Origin: Muribaculaceae bacterium
GTDB lineage: Bacteria; Bacteroidota; Bacteroidia; Bacteroidales; Muribaculaceae
Reading direction: 5' to 3'
Length of the DNA: 51,961 nt
NCBI GenBank assembly: GCA_036308365.1
Contig: JAXJVW010000113.1
Span: 1 to 51,961 of the forward strand
Below, one piece after another: positions 30,603-40,827 of the stretch (position 1 is its first letter; each line of letters begins with the position of its first letter). Made by a program: the position numbers and the translations under genes. The notes under the pieces were generated by a model that was not told the origin of the DNA, made no database searches, and worked only from the letters and a program-made list of their open reading frames with translations.

Positions 30603-31141
30603 TGACCCTGCTCACTGACCATCTGATCACCCTGCGCGTGCCGGAGCCCTACGACATCGACATGTTCCTGAAATGGGAAAACGACACCTCATTATGGGAC
30701 ACCGGCAGCACCTCGGCCCCATTCTCACGCCAGGTGATAAGCGACTACATAACAAACTACAACCCCGACATTTACACAGCACGCCAGCTCAGGCTCATGA
30801 TCACACTGACCGAAACCGGCGAGTCCGTGGGTGCGGTTGACCTCTATGATTTCGACCCCGTGAACAACAGGGCCGGCATAGGGTTTGTTATAGATGTCGG
30901 GCACCGTGGCCAGGGATACGCGGAGCACGCCGTCAATCTGGTGGCCCGATACGCCATGGAACGGTTGCGCATCAACCAGCTCTACGCCCTGGCCGGGGTT
31001 GACAACGCCGCAAGCATAGCCACGCTTGAACGCTGCGGATTCACCCGCAGTGGCCTGTTGAGCCAATGGATCGCCACCGGCCGTAGCGGCTACACCGATG
31101 CGATAATCTTCCAGTTGCTCGCCAATCCCGGCCATGCTTGA
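30599..31141 (+). CDS. GNAT-family N-acetyltransferase
   Basis: RimJ/RimL-like pattern ([18 protein letters not shown]..., [31 protein letters not shown]). ATGA overlap with recR. Confidence 0.85.
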   Translation: MMTLLTDHLITLRVPEPYDIDMFLKWENDTSLWDTGSTSAPFSRQVISDYITNYNPDIYTARQLRLMITLTETGESVGAVDLYDFDPVNNRAGIGFVIDVGHRGQGYAEHAVNLVARYAMERLRINQLYALAGVDNAASIATLERCGFTRSGLLSQWIATGRSGYTDAIIFQLLANPGHA

Positions 31142-31195
31142 CTCCCGCGATTGAACGCGCACGTAAACTAAGTTGTGTAATTCAATGATTATTGT

Positions 31196-31203
31196 TAATT
31201 TTG
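31196..31203 (+). promoter_or_regulatory. -7 promoter box (taattttg)
   Basis: Exact TAnnTTTG match 38 nt upstream of the ATG at 31242. Confidence 0.45.
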
Positions 31204-31241
31204 CACTATAAAGAATCTTAACGAATCTTATTTTAGAAAAC

Positions 31242-32147
31242 ATGACAACACTTCCCAAAAATAGGATGACCCTGATTTTAGGGGTTGTAATCGCAGTGAT
31301 AGTGGCGATAGCCGTAGCGCTGATAGCATTCCAAGGCTACAAACTGTCAAACGTGGCCACTGAAAACGAGCAGCTCAAGCTGACAAACGAGCAGCTGCAA
31401 CTGGCCAACGAGTTCCAGTCGGTCAACAATGAGTTCGCCCAATACGAGAACCAGACCCAGGTGATGGTCAACGACTCGCTGACCGAACGCTACGCCGCAG
31501 CCAAAGCCAAAGTGGAAAAACTCATCGCCGAGCTCAACAGCGAGAAACGCAAAAGCGCCAAACGCATCAAGGAACTTCAGGATGAGATAGCGACACTCAA
31601 AGGCATTCTCCGCCACTACATTGCCAAAGTCGATTCCCTTTCGAAAGAAAACCAGGGATTGCGTGTGGAAAACGAGGAGATAAAGGATAAAAACCGTCAG
31701 CTCTCCGAACGTGTGGCCTCTGTTGCCAAGGACAACGAGAAGCTCAACGAACGTATGACCCTCGCTGAAAAGCTCAATGTCACCGGCATCAACATGGTGG
31801 CCTTGAAAAAGAACGGCAAAACCGAGAAAAACATCACCAAAGCCTATCAACTGATGGTGACATTCACCATTCCACAGAACAACTCGACCCCGGTTGGCGA
31901 AAAAACCATCTACATGCGCATAACCAACCCCGAAGGCGACCTTTTGGGCAACGGTGGCGTTTTCAACTTCGAAGGAGCATCGGTCAAATGCACTGGACGA
32001 TTGTCTATAGAATATGCCGGTGAGGAAATCGGTGGCCTGAAAATATACTACGACGTCAACTCAACCCTCAACCCCGGTGAATACACCGTTGAGCTGTTTG
32101 CCGACAACTACAGGCTCGCCACCCGAAAATTCACAATGAAGAAATAA
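31242..32147 (+). CDS. Membrane-anchored coiled-coil protein with a C-terminal beta-rich domain, function unknown
   Basis: One TM helix (LILGVVIAVIVAIAVALIAF). About 150 aa of heptad-like E/K/L/N/Q-rich sequence. The final 120 aa or so are beta-rich (YQLMVTFTIPQNN...EYTVELFADNYRLATRKFTM). Confidence 0.75.
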   Translation: MTTLPKNRMTLILGVVIAVIVAIAVALIAFQGYKLSNVATENEQLKLTNEQLQLANEFQSVNNEFAQYENQTQVMVNDSLTERYAAAKAKVEKLIAELNSEKRKSAKRIKELQDEIATLKGILRHYIAKVDSLSKENQGLRVENEEIKDKNRQLSERVASVAKDNEKLNERMTLAEKLNVTGINMVALKKNGKTEKNITKAYQLMVTFTIPQNNSTPVGEKTIYMRITNPEGDLLGNGGVFNFEGASVKCTGRLSIEYAGEEIGGLKIYYDVNSTLNPGEYTVELFADNYRLATRKFTMKK

Positions 32148-32267
32148 CTCCAACACGGTAACCGTCACTTGCTGGATGAGCCGGCGGCAACAGCCACACA
32201 TAGTTGAAACTCCACCCGCCACGACTCCTCAGCGACGCCACACCGGACATCCGACAGACCCCCACAC

Positions 32268-32972
32268 ATGCAGAACTACCTTGACATTATCAACAGCCAG
32301 GAAATAACGGCCTTGTCGTCAGTGTTCAAACTGATGCTGAGCATGCTGCTGGGCGCGATTGTCGGATTCGAGCGCAAAAGCAAAGGGCAAAACGCCGGCA
32401 TACGCACGTTCGCACTGATTTCCATGGGTGCCACCATGGCTATGATTCTGTCGGTGTATGTGCTACAGGAATATTATGGAGGCGACCCGGGGCGCATGGC
32501 CGCCCAGGTGCTCTCAGGCATTGGTTTCTTAGGTGCGGGCGCAATCATCCAGATGAAAGGCTCGGTCAGAGGGTTGACCACCGCCGCCGGCATATGGATC
32601 GTAGCCACCATAGGTCTGGCCGTAGGCATCGGGCTATACTTCATTTCGATTTTCGCCACCGGAATGATCATCATAGTGCTGGTGCAGTTCGAACGCTTCG
32701 AACACAAAGCCAACATGGGCTCGCAAACACGCATCATCCGCATCAAGGTAGGCACCATACTGCAGGATTTCAGCGCCTACAAGCGAACGCTGGGCGACCA
32801 CAACATACATTTGATAAATATCTACGTGGACTATGACTATGTTGACGACACAACATATCTCAACTTAGCCGTGCTCTCCAAGGAGAACACCAACTTCGTT
32901 GACCTGTTCAAAGAGTTGAGCGGTCTCAACCCCACCCTCTCCATCACATTGTCAAACCAAGTGAATATCTAA
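32268..32972 (+). CDS. MgtC/SapB family membrane protein
   Basis: LLGAIVGFERKSKGQNAGIRTFALISMGATM, GFLGAGAII and TTAAGIWIVATIGLAVG motifs, plus a soluble C-terminal domain. Confidence 0.88.
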   Translation: MQNYLDIINSQEITALSSVFKLMLSMLLGAIVGFERKSKGQNAGIRTFALISMGATMAMILSVYVLQEYYGGDPGRMAAQVLSGIGFLGAGAIIQMKGSVRGLTTAAGIWIVATIGLAVGIGLYFISIFATGMIIIVLVQFERFEHKANMGSQTRIIRIKVGTILQDFSAYKRTLGDHNIHLINIYVDYDYVDDTTYLNLAVLSKENTNFVDLFKELSGLNPTLSITLSNQVNI

Positions 32973-33015
32973 CCTGATGATACTTCTGTCAGCCTTACCG
33001 GAATCCGTAGCCTCG

Positions 33016-35232
33016 ATGAATGTGGAGAGCCTCATTCGCGACCTCGCTTTCATCCTTATTCTCGGCGCGCTGGTGACGGTCCTTTTCAAATGGATCAAGC
33101 AACCGGTGGTGTTGGGCTACATTGTGGCCGGATTTCTGGCCAGCCCCAACTTCGAGCCGCTTCCATCTGTCACCACCGAGGCCAACATTGAGTTCTGGGC
33201 CCAGATCGGCATAGTGGTACTTCTGTTTTCCTTAGGACTCGAGTTCAGTTTCAAGAAACTTGTGGGCGTTGGTGGCTCAGCCGTCGTCACGGCGCTGATC
33301 ATTGTCATCGGCATGATGGTCACGGGCTTCTGCATAGGCCATCTGATGGGATTCTCACACATCAACAGTCTATTCCTGGGCGGCATGCTGTCAATGTCGT
33401 CAACCACCATTATCATCAAGGCGTTCAACGACTTAGGCCTGAAGCAACAGAAGTTCGCCGGACTGGTGTTCGCAGTGTTGATTGTTGAGGACCTGTTTGC
33501 CGTGCTCATGATGGTGATACTGTCATCAATAGCCATCAACAACTCCGTAGAAGGGAAAGAGCTGCTTCTCAGCGTTGCCAAACTGGCCTTTTTCCTCATC
33601 ATATGGTTTATGGTGGGGGTCTACGCCCTACCATCGGCATTAGGTTCGGTTCGACGCTATCTGAACAACGAAACCCTGCTGATAGTCGCCATGGGTCTAT
33701 GCCTGGGAATGGCCGTGTTTTCCGTGTTCTGCGGATTCTCGCTCGCCCTCGGGGCGTTTGTCATGGGTTCAATTCTGGCCGGCACAAGCTATGCCGAAAG
33801 AATTGAACGCGTGACCATGCCGGTCAAAGACCTTTTCGGCTCAGTGTTTTTCATTTCCGTGGGTATGATGGTTCAACCCACCGTCATCGTGGAGTACTGG
33901 GGGCCGATTCTGATTCTTTCATCAGTGGTGATAGTCGGCATGATAATCTTCGGCACCGCCGGCATGCTTGTCACAGGCCAGTCACTCAAAGTGGCCATAG
34001 AATCAGGCTTCGCCCTGACGCAGATAGGTGAGTTCGCATTCATCATCGCCTCGCTTGGCATGTCGTTGGGAGTGCTTGACCCCACTATCTATCCAATTGT
34101 GGTGGCGGTGTCGGTGCTGACCACCTTCACCACCCCCTATTTCATCAGGATGTCGCCCGGGGTCTACCGGTTTGTCGAGAAGCATCTTCCGGCCAAACTC
34201 AACTTCCTCATCAACCGTTACTGCGAACAGAACAATGAGAGCCACGACGGCATAGGGGCCGTTTGGATGGCCATCATCAGGCGCTATCTATGGCGAATTG
34301 TTCTCTACGCCATACTTCTGATTGCCATAACCCTTGTGGCCACTACCATTGTGCTCCCATGGGCCGAAGGTATAAACGAACAATTTGGCCGCGCAGCCGT
34401 GATGATAGCAACCCTGCTTGTCATGTCGCCGTTCCTGCTGGCCATGTCATTGCCCACTTCGCGCAAAGGAGAGCGCGAGTTGCTGGCCGAAAAACACCAG
34501 CACTACCGTGCGCCGCTCATCATTATGTCGGTATTCCGCATTCTGCTTGTGCTCGCCTTCGTGATCAACCTGCTGACCATACTCTACTCAATAAAAATAG
34601 GTATCATCGGAGGGGTGATTGTCATGACCCTGGTGCTCGGCGTGTTCACCCGTCAGTTGCGCGAGAGCATGCGCCGGATAGAAACAAAATTCATCAACAA
34701 CCTCAATGAACGCGAGCTGCGCAAAACCGGGCGCAACAACAACCTGGTCAGCGACCTCCATCTCGCCTTCATGCATGTCGGTTTCGGATGTCCGTTCGTG
34801 GGCGAACAGCTGATGGACTCACCGCTACGCGCAACCTACGGAGTGTCAGTGGTGTTCATTCAACGAGGCAACAACACCATGCCTGTGCCTTCGGGCCACA
34901 CCCGTCTGTTCCCCGGCGACGTGGTTGGCATAATCGGCAACGATGAGCAAATTCAGAACCTTCTGCCCGTTCTGGAGCGTGAACAAGAAGAGAACTTCAC
35001 CCAGCAGATGACCGACTTCAAACTCCGTAGCATGGAAATTAGGGTCACCTCACCGCTTATCGGTCAAACCATCACCACAGCCGACATACGCAAGAACTAC
35101 AGCGCCCACATTGTTGCCATACAGCGCCATGGCGAATATGTCCACGACATTCTCAACACCCCGTTTGAAACCGGTGACACACTTTGGGTAGTAGCTGACA
35201 AAGCCGCGATAAAAAAACTCAACAACGAATAA
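33016..35232 (+). CDS. Cation:proton antiporter (CPA2/Kef-type) with two C-terminal TrkA-C-like domains
   Basis: About 12 TM helices beginning LIRDLAFILILGALVTVLFKWIKQPVVLGYIVAGFL. The C-terminal soluble repeats include GDVVGIIGNDEQI and GDTLWVVADKAAI. The ATG at 32977 is an alternative start. Confidence 0.88.
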   Translation: MNVESLIRDLAFILILGALVTVLFKWIKQPVVLGYIVAGFLASPNFEPLPSVTTEANIEFWAQIGIVVLLFSLGLEFSFKKLVGVGGSAVVTALIIVIGMMVTGFCIGHLMGFSHINSLFLGGMLSMSSTTIIIKAFNDLGLKQQKFAGLVFAVLIVEDLFAVLMMVILSSIAINNSVEGKELLLSVAKLAFFLIIWFMVGVYALPSALGSVRRYLNNETLLIVAMGLCLGMAVFSVFCGFSLALGAFVMGSILAGTSYAERIERVTMPVKDLFGSVFFISVGMMVQPTVIVEYWGPILILSSVVIVGMIIFGTAGMLVTGQSLKVAIESGFALTQIGEFAFIIASLGMSLGVLDPTIYPIVVAVSVLTTFTTPYFIRMSPGVYRFVEKHLPAKLNFLINRYCEQNNESHDGIGAVWMAIIRRYLWRIVLYAILLIAITLVATTIVLPWAEGINEQFGRAAVMIATLLVMSPFLLAMSLPTSRKGERELLAEKHQHYRAPLIIMSVFRILLVLAFVINLLTILYSIKIGIIGGVIVMTLVLGVFTRQLRESMRRIETKFINNLNERELRKTGRNNNLVSDLHLAFMHVGFGCPFVGEQLMDSPLRATYGVSVVFIQRGNNTMPVPSGHTRLFPGDVVGIIGNDEQIQNLLPVLEREQEENFTQQMTDFKLRSMEIRVTSPLIGQTITTADIRKNYSAHIVAIQRHGEYVHDILNTPFETGDTLWVVADKAAIKKLNNE

Positions 35233-35314
35233 CCCCTCTCTACAACTTCGGATGGCTCCATGAGCCATCCCCCCCTCTCACATTAGAATCATCAATAAAC
35301 AAACAACATAAACC

Positions 35315-36346
35315 ATGATTAAAAAAATCCTTTACACTTCAGCTCTCGTCGCTCTGGCCGCCTGCTCCAACGCCGGCAAAGAAGCCTCAACCGAGTACAA
35401 TGTGACAATCAACTCCGATCAGGAGAATCAAATGGTGTTCCTGGTCAACTACGACACAAGTGAGAACATTGACAGTGCGGTGGTTACCGAAGGTGTGGCA
35501 TCGTTCAAAGGATCGATCGAAAAACCGGTTCTGACACGTGTTATCGCCAATGGCAAACGCCAAGGCATGTTCATTCTCGAACCGGGCGAAATCACAATCT
35601 ACAGCCGTGACTCAATCGTAGGCGGCGAACTCAACGGCAAATTCAAGGAAATATCAAAATCAATCGATAGCATTTCCGAAGAATACGCCCAACTCAACGA
35701 CTCCCTGAAGGAAGCGCTGTCCGACGATTATTCACGTCGCTACGACTCCATCAGCAACGCTGCCATGGAGCAGAACATCGACAACGCCATAGGCTACTAC
35801 TTCTTCATCAACAAGGCCTACGACATGTCGCTCGATGAACTCAAAGCAGCGATAGCCAAAACTCCTTCCCTTGGCGAATACAAGAGAATCTCCGATCTGC
35901 AACAGGCAAAAGTGAAAAAGGCGGAAACAAGCGAAGGCAAAATGTTCCGTGACTTTGAAATTCCCGGAGAAAACGGCGAAACCTTCCGTTTGAGCGATGT
36001 CGTTGGCAAAGGTGACTACGTGCTGGTCGACGTCTGGGCAAGCTGGTGCGGACCCTGCGTGAAAGAGATCGGCGTGATCAAGGACATCTACAAACAATAT
36101 TCACCCAAAGGTCTCAAAGTGCTCGGCGTAGCCGTGTGGGATGAGCCCCAGGACACACAGATGGCTATCGAAAACCTCGAAATACCCTGGCAATGCGTTC
36201 TTAACGCACAGAAAATCCCAACCGACGCTTATGGCATCTCAGGCATACCCTGCATCATTCTCTTCGCTCCTGACGGCACCATCATCATGCGCGACAAATA
36301 CGACGATGAACTCAAGGCTGCCGTGGCTGAAGCAATGAACAAATAA
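35315..36346 (+). CDS. TlpA-family thiol:disulfide oxidoreductase lipoprotein
   Basis: Lipobox LAAC. Thioredoxin-fold active site is VDVWASWCGPCVKE. The N-terminal domain resembles the DUF4369-type extension common in Bacteroidota. Confidence 0.88.
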   Translation: MIKKILYTSALVALAACSNAGKEASTEYNVTINSDQENQMVFLVNYDTSENIDSAVVTEGVASFKGSIEKPVLTRVIANGKRQGMFILEPGEITIYSRDSIVGGELNGKFKEISKSIDSISEEYAQLNDSLKEALSDDYSRRYDSISNAAMEQNIDNAIGYYFFINKAYDMSLDELKAAIAKTPSLGEYKRISDLQQAKVKKAETSEGKMFRDFEIPGENGETFRLSDVVGKGDYVLVDVWASWCGPCVKEIGVIKDIYKQYSPKGLKVLGVAVWDEPQDTQMAIENLEIPWQCVLNAQKIPTDAYGISGIPCIILFAPDGTIIMRDKYDDELKAAVAEAMNK

Positions 36347-36436
36347 CATGCCCACGCCACTCAAACACAAACGGATTTTACAATGAGTCGCCACTACATT
36401 GATCCAATAAGTGGTGACGCTCCACAATAAAAATGA

Positions 36437-36468
36437 GGTGATGACCGTTAATACTAATGGTCATCACC
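36437..36468 (+). terminator. 10-bp perfect stem-loop (ggtgatgacc / ggtcatcacc) after the tlpA-family gene
   Basis: Inverted repeat 36437-36446 / 36459-36468, followed by a T-rich stretch (gggttttattt). A second 9-bp hairpin (gtcgccact / agtggtgac) lies just upstream. Confidence 0.6.
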
Positions 36469-36675
36469 CGTTTAGTGGGTTTTATTTAACACACTCCCAA
36501 TGACCCCGCCCATCTGTGAGCGACATTTTTGTATGAGCCAGCCAATCGTCACCCCCTGAAGCCACCACAAACGAGCCTTACGGAGGAGAAGATAAACGCA
36601 AGTGGCCAGCCATCGGAAAATCCGCACACAGAAAATATAACCGGAGGTGTTATCAGCGCAAACGCACTCATAATA

Positions 36676-37692
36676 ATGAAACTACTCAAACCGACATTAC
36701 TCTCATTGCTACTTCTGCCTGCCGCCATGATAGCCCAGGACGGAACAACCGCCTACAACTTCATGAACATCACCTCCTCGGCTCGCATATTCGGTCTGGG
36801 CGGGGTGAACATCACTACCGTCGAGGACAACATCACAACCGTCGACCAAAACCCCGGTCTGCTCGGCCCGGAAATGAGCAATCAGATCGCGGTCAACTAC
36901 ATGCGCTACGTTGGCGAAAGCAATTTTGCCGGTGTCACTTATTCCCATGCCGCAGGCGAAAGGGGTGCCTGGCAGGCATCAATCCAATATTTCGGCTACG
37001 GCTCCATGACCCACACCGACGAAACGGGAGCGGTGTTAGGCGATTTTTCGCCGCAGGACCTGTCGTTCGCCGCCGGCTACACACGTGATCTCGCCGACAA
37101 ACTCCGCGGCGGATTCAAAGTGAAGATGCTCTACAGCAACTACGAACAATACAACGCCATGGCGCTCGCCACCGACCTCGGTATCAACTACTACGACCCT
37201 GACAAAGACCTGTCGCTGTCGTTCGTGGTGGCAAATCTCGGCGGACAGATAAAAAAATTCAACGAGAGCTACGACCGTCTGCCAATCGACGTCAGACTCG
37301 GCTGGGCACAGTCGTTCGGCACACTGCCAATCAGATTTTCAGTCACCGCATGGAACCTGACCAAATGGCATCTCCCCTATTACCACACCGGCGACGGCAG
37401 CACCGATGACGCTCCCGAGCTCAAGGACAGCTTCTCGAGCAATCTTTTCCGCCACCTTGTTTTCGGTGCCGACTTCATTCCGTCAGACAAATTCTACGTG
37501 TCGCTGGCCTATAACAACAAAACCCGCACCGACATGAGCACCTACAGCCGCAGTTTCCTGTCAGGATGGTCGTTAGGCGCCGGATTGAACGTGAAAAGTT
37601 TCAACGTGGGAATGGCTTTCGCTCAGCCCCACAAAAGCGCAACCACATTCATGCTCAACATCACTCTCAACATAAACGATTTCCTGAACTGA
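36676..37692 (+). CDS. porQ: Type IX secretion system outer-membrane protein PorQ
   Basis: Signal peptide MKLLKPTLLSLLLLPAAMIAQ. The PorQ-family N-terminal pattern is TAYNFMNITSSARIFGLGGVNITT...DQNPGLLG, on a beta-barrel-like sequence. The listed upstream 49 aa look non-coding. Confidence 0.8.
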   Translation: MKLLKPTLLSLLLLPAAMIAQDGTTAYNFMNITSSARIFGLGGVNITTVEDNITTVDQNPGLLGPEMSNQIAVNYMRYVGESNFAGVTYSHAAGERGAWQASIQYFGYGSMTHTDETGAVLGDFSPQDLSFAAGYTRDLADKLRGGFKVKMLYSNYEQYNAMALATDLGINYYDPDKDLSLSFVVANLGGQIKKFNESYDRLPIDVRLGWAQSFGTLPIRFSVTAWNLTKWHLPYYHTGDGSTDDAPELKDSFSSNLFRHLVFGADFIPSDKFYVSLAYNNKTRTDMSTYSRSFLSGWSLGAGLNVKSFNVGMAFAQPHKSATTFMLNITLNINDFLN

Positions 37693-37693
37693 A

Positions 37694-38401
37694 ATGAACA
37701 ATAAGAATATCATAATCGCCATTGACGGATATTCATCGTCAGGCAAAAGCACCATGGCCCGCAATCTGGCCAAACAGATAGGCTACCGTTACATCGATTC
37801 AGGCGCCATGTATCGTGCCGTCACACTCTTCGCCATCCGGAACAACATGATTGGCCACGACGGAGAGATAACCGACAAAGAGAAGCTGATAGCGGCCCTG
37901 AACAACATAACCATCGACTTCAAAGTCGATGACGGCAAACAACTGACTATGCTTAACGGCGAGGTGGTGGAGGATGAAATCCGACGCATGGAGGTTTCAA
38001 GCCTCGTGTCGTTCATCGCCGCCATTCCCCAGGTGCGCCATGCCCTGGTTGCCCTCCAGCAGAAACTCGGACAATCGAAAGGGATAGTGATGGACGGACG
38101 TGACATTGGCACCACCGTGTTCCCCGACGCCGAAATGAAAATATTTGTTGACGCATCGCCCCAGACACGCGCCGAGCGCCGCTACAAGGAACTCGCCGAA
38201 AAAGGGGTGGCCACAACCTACGAGGAAGTTCTCGCCAACGTGGTCAAACGCGACCACATTGACCGCACCCGCGAAGAAAGCCCGCTTCGTTGCGCCGATG
38301 ATGCCATCCGCCTTGACAACTCGGCGATGTCACGCGAGGAACAGAGCGCCATATTAATCGATATATTCAACAAAATCACCCGCAGTGGCTCCGAAAATTG
38401 A
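37694..38401 (+). CDS. cmk: Cytidylate kinase
   Basis: IIAIDGYSSSGKSTMARNLA, YIDSGAMYRAVT, MDGRDIGTTVFPDAEMKIF. Confidence 0.96.
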   Translation: MNNKNIIIAIDGYSSSGKSTMARNLAKQIGYRYIDSGAMYRAVTLFAIRNNMIGHDGEITDKEKLIAALNNITIDFKVDDGKQLTMLNGEVVEDEIRRMEVSSLVSFIAAIPQVRHALVALQQKLGQSKGIVMDGRDIGTTVFPDAEMKIFVDASPQTRAERRYKELAEKGVATTYEEVLANVVKRDHIDRTREESPLRCADDAIRLDNSAMSREEQSAILIDIFNKITRSGSEN

Positions 38402-39257
38402 AATAGACCAGGCTTCGGGATTCTGCTTCGGTGTGGTCACCGCCATAACGAAAGCCGAGGAGGAACTCGCTAAAAGCGGACGCCTGTATTGTCTGGGCGA
38501 CATTGTCCACAACAGCGACGAGGTGCAACGCCTGTGCGACAAAGGATTGGTTACCATAACCCATGCCGACCTCGAATCACTGAAAAATGTCAAAGTGCTG
38601 CTCAGGGCCCATGGCGAACCGCCGTCAACCTACGCCACAGCCATCCGTAACAACATTGAGATTATCGACGCCACATGCCCCGTGGTGCTCCAACTCCAAA
38701 AACGGATAAAAACCAAAGCCGGCGATTCTCAGAATCCCGCGCAGATCGTCATCTACGGCAAACATGGCCACGCCGAAGTCAACGGCCTGGTCGGGCAAAC
38801 CGACGGCAAGGCAATCGTGGTTCAAAACCTCGACGAACTGAGCAAGATTGACTTCAACCGCGACATAGAATTCTACTCACAGACAACCAAATCGCTCGAA
38901 GGATTCCGGGAAATGATAAAAGAAATCAATCTCAGGAAAGCCCCCCACACCCAGTTCCACTACTACGACACCATATGCCGGCAAGTGTCGAACCGAGTGG
39001 CCCACCTGCGTGAATTCGCATCGCGCCACGACCTGGTTCTTTTCGTGAGCGGAAAGAAAAGCAGCAACGGAAAGGTGTTGTTCGAGGAATGCCGCAACGT
39101 CAACCCCGTCACCTATCTCATTTCAAACGCCAACGAAATCAATCCATCATGGCTCACCGGTGTCACCTCGATAGGAGTGTGCGGAGCCACCTCTACACCG
39201 CGCTGGCTGATGGAAGATGTTTCGAAACATGTCACCCAGCTCTGCGAAAATGGATAA
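38385..39257 (+). CDS. ispH: 4-hydroxy-3-methylbut-2-enyl diphosphate reductase IspH
   Basis: SGFCFGVVTAI, ATCPVV, HGHAEV, SSNG and GATSTP motifs. GTG start, overlapping the cmk 3' end by 17 nt. Confidence 0.93.
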   Translation: MAPKIEIDQASGFCFGVVTAITKAEEELAKSGRLYCLGDIVHNSDEVQRLCDKGLVTITHADLESLKNVKVLLRAHGEPPSTYATAIRNNIEIIDATCPVVLQLQKRIKTKAGDSQNPAQIVIYGKHGHAEVNGLVGQTDGKAIVVQNLDELSKIDFNRDIEFYSQTTKSLEGFREMIKEINLRKAPHTQFHYYDTICRQVSNRVAHLREFASRHDLVLFVSGKKSSNGKVLFEECRNVNPVTYLISNANEINPSWLTGVTSIGVCGATSTPRWLMEDVSKHVTQLCENG

Positions 39258-39750
39258 CTTCGTTGCAATAGATGTTGAAACCGCCAACTACAACCCCGAA
39301 AGCATATGCTCCATCGGTGCCGTAAAGGTGATCAACGGTGAAATCTGCGACAGATTCTATGAGCTGGTGAAACCCGAACCCGACTACTACATCCGCCGCT
39401 TCACCAATGAAATACATGGCATAGGCCCCGATGACACCGAAAATGCCGACACATTCAACAAAGTGTGGAGCCGTGTCGACCGCTTCATCGACGGTCTGCC
39501 ACTGGTGGCCCACAACAAGGCGTTCGACGAAAAATGCATCCGCACGGCCCACCGGGTTTACCAGATGGACTATCCTGACTACACCTTTCTATGCACCCTG
39601 GCCGCGAGCCGACGGAGCATACCCCGTTCATTCTGCCGGTCATATTCCATCCCCTTCGTGTGCGAGGCGCTGGCCATTCCGTTCGACAATCACCACAATG
39701 CCTTGGCCGATGCCGAGGCATGCGCCAAAATAGCTATCACCATTCTATGA
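39250..39750 (+). CDS. DnaQ-like 3'-5' exonuclease (DEDDh), stand-alone
   Basis: Exo I is FVAIDVETAN, Exo II is LVAHNKAFDEKCI, and Exo III is HHNALADAEACAKI. It overlaps the ispH stop by 8 nt. Confidence 0.85.
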   Translation: MDNFVAIDVETANYNPESICSIGAVKVINGEICDRFYELVKPEPDYYIRRFTNEIHGIGPDDTENADTFNKVWSRVDRFIDGLPLVAHNKAFDEKCIRTAHRVYQMDYPDYTFLCTLAASRRSIPRSFCRSYSIPFVCEALAIPFDNHHNALADAEACAKIAITIL

Positions 39751-40073
39751 CCTCATCACGTTTCATAACACATTTGATCGCTCCGGCAGCAATCATGCTC
39801 ACCATGGCCGCATGCTCCGGAAACGCCACGGTCAAGTCGAGCCGCGCGGCCAGTGAAGGCGCCAAAGCCGCCGAACAGCTCATCAATGACATGCCCATGT
39901 CGGACATCGATCTGCAAAACCGCCTGCTGACAATCCGTGACAACGAGTACAGGATGCGACGCGACGGAAACGCCGAAGCCGCCGACCGCTACATTGAGAG
40001 CTTTGAACAGGTCATCAAACAGAATTCCGATTCTTTGACAACAATTCTTGGATATGAAAAAGCAACTGACTGA
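39747..40073 (+). CDS. Small lipoprotein of unknown function (108 aa)
   Basis: Signal peptide plus lipobox (AAIMLTMAAC), then a helical charged body. ATGA overlap with the exonuclease gene. Confidence 0.6.
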   Translation: MTSSRFITHLIAPAAIMLTMAACSGNATVKSSRAASEGAKAAEQLINDMPMSDIDLQNRLLTIRDNEYRMRRDGNAEAADRYIESFEQVIKQNSDSLTTILGYEKATD

Positions 40074-40827
40074 TTTCTCAATTAAAAAAACAGGGGGCGT
40101 TTCACCAACCTGCGGCATCATCACCCTGGTGCCTGAAAACGGTGAGTCCCTGCCCGAAATTCTCCCGGGACAGTTTGTGGAGGTGAGCGCACCCGGCGTG
40201 ATGCTGCGCCGGCCTATCTCCGTGTGCGACGTCGATTATGACAAAAATGAACTGACTCTGCTCGTTCGCAACGCCGGAAAAGGAACTGAAGCCTTGCTTC
40301 AACTGCCCGAAGGTTCGTCAATAAACATCCTTCTGCCGCTGGGCAACGGGTTCACCACCGACAACGCTTCAATCAAACCCGGAATGAAACTGCTCCTTGT
40401 TGGAGGAGGTGTCGGCACGGCGCCACTGTTCTACCTCGGCAAGAAACTGAAAGAAACAGGCGCGGAAATAACATTTCTCACCGGAGCGAAAAACAGCGGT
40501 GAACTTCTCTTTGTCAACGAGATGAAACAAATCGCCCCCGTGGCCGTGACCACCGACGACGGTTCAGAAGGTGAGAAAGGGTTCGTTGTCAACTCATCGG
40601 CATGGAACAGTCAGTGGGACTATATCTACTGCTGCGGACCGGCACCGATGATGAAAGCCGTGGCCGTCCTCGCCCGGGAAAAGAACATCCCCTGCGAAGT
40701 ATCCCTGGAAAATATGATGGCCTGCGGACTGGGCGCCTGCCTGTGCTGCGTTGAAAAAACCGTCAAGGGAAATGTGTGTGTATGCTCCGAAGGTCCAGTA
40801 TTTAACATAAATGATTTGACATGGTAA
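40054..40827 (+). CDS. pyrK: Dihydroorotate dehydrogenase electron-transfer subunit PyrK
   Basis: FAD/NAD-binding fold ([19 protein letters not shown]) and a C-terminal 2Fe-2S Cys cluster ([12 protein letters not shown]...[10 protein letters not shown]). The ATG at 40054 is preferred over the TTG at 40048. Confidence 0.92.
   Translation: MKKQLTDFSIKKTGGVSPTCGIITLVPENGESLPEILPGQFVEVSAPGVMLRRPISVCDVDYDKNELTLLVRNAGKGTEALLQLPEGSSINILLPLGNGFTTDNASIKPGMKLLLVGGGVGTAPLFYLGKKLKETGAEITFLTGAKNSGELLFVNEMKQIAPVAVTTDDGSEGEKGFVVNSSAWNSQWDYIYCCGPAPMMKAVAVLAREKNIPCEVSLENMMACGLGACLCCVEKTVKGNVCVCSEGPVFNINDLTW

Noticed and set aside
39250-39750. DEDDh exonuclease as part of a defence or mobile element
   Set aside because: It is embedded by overlapping junctions in a housekeeping run (ispH...pyrKD). 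There are no neighbouring nuclease, ATPase, methylase or integrase genes and no flanking repeats.
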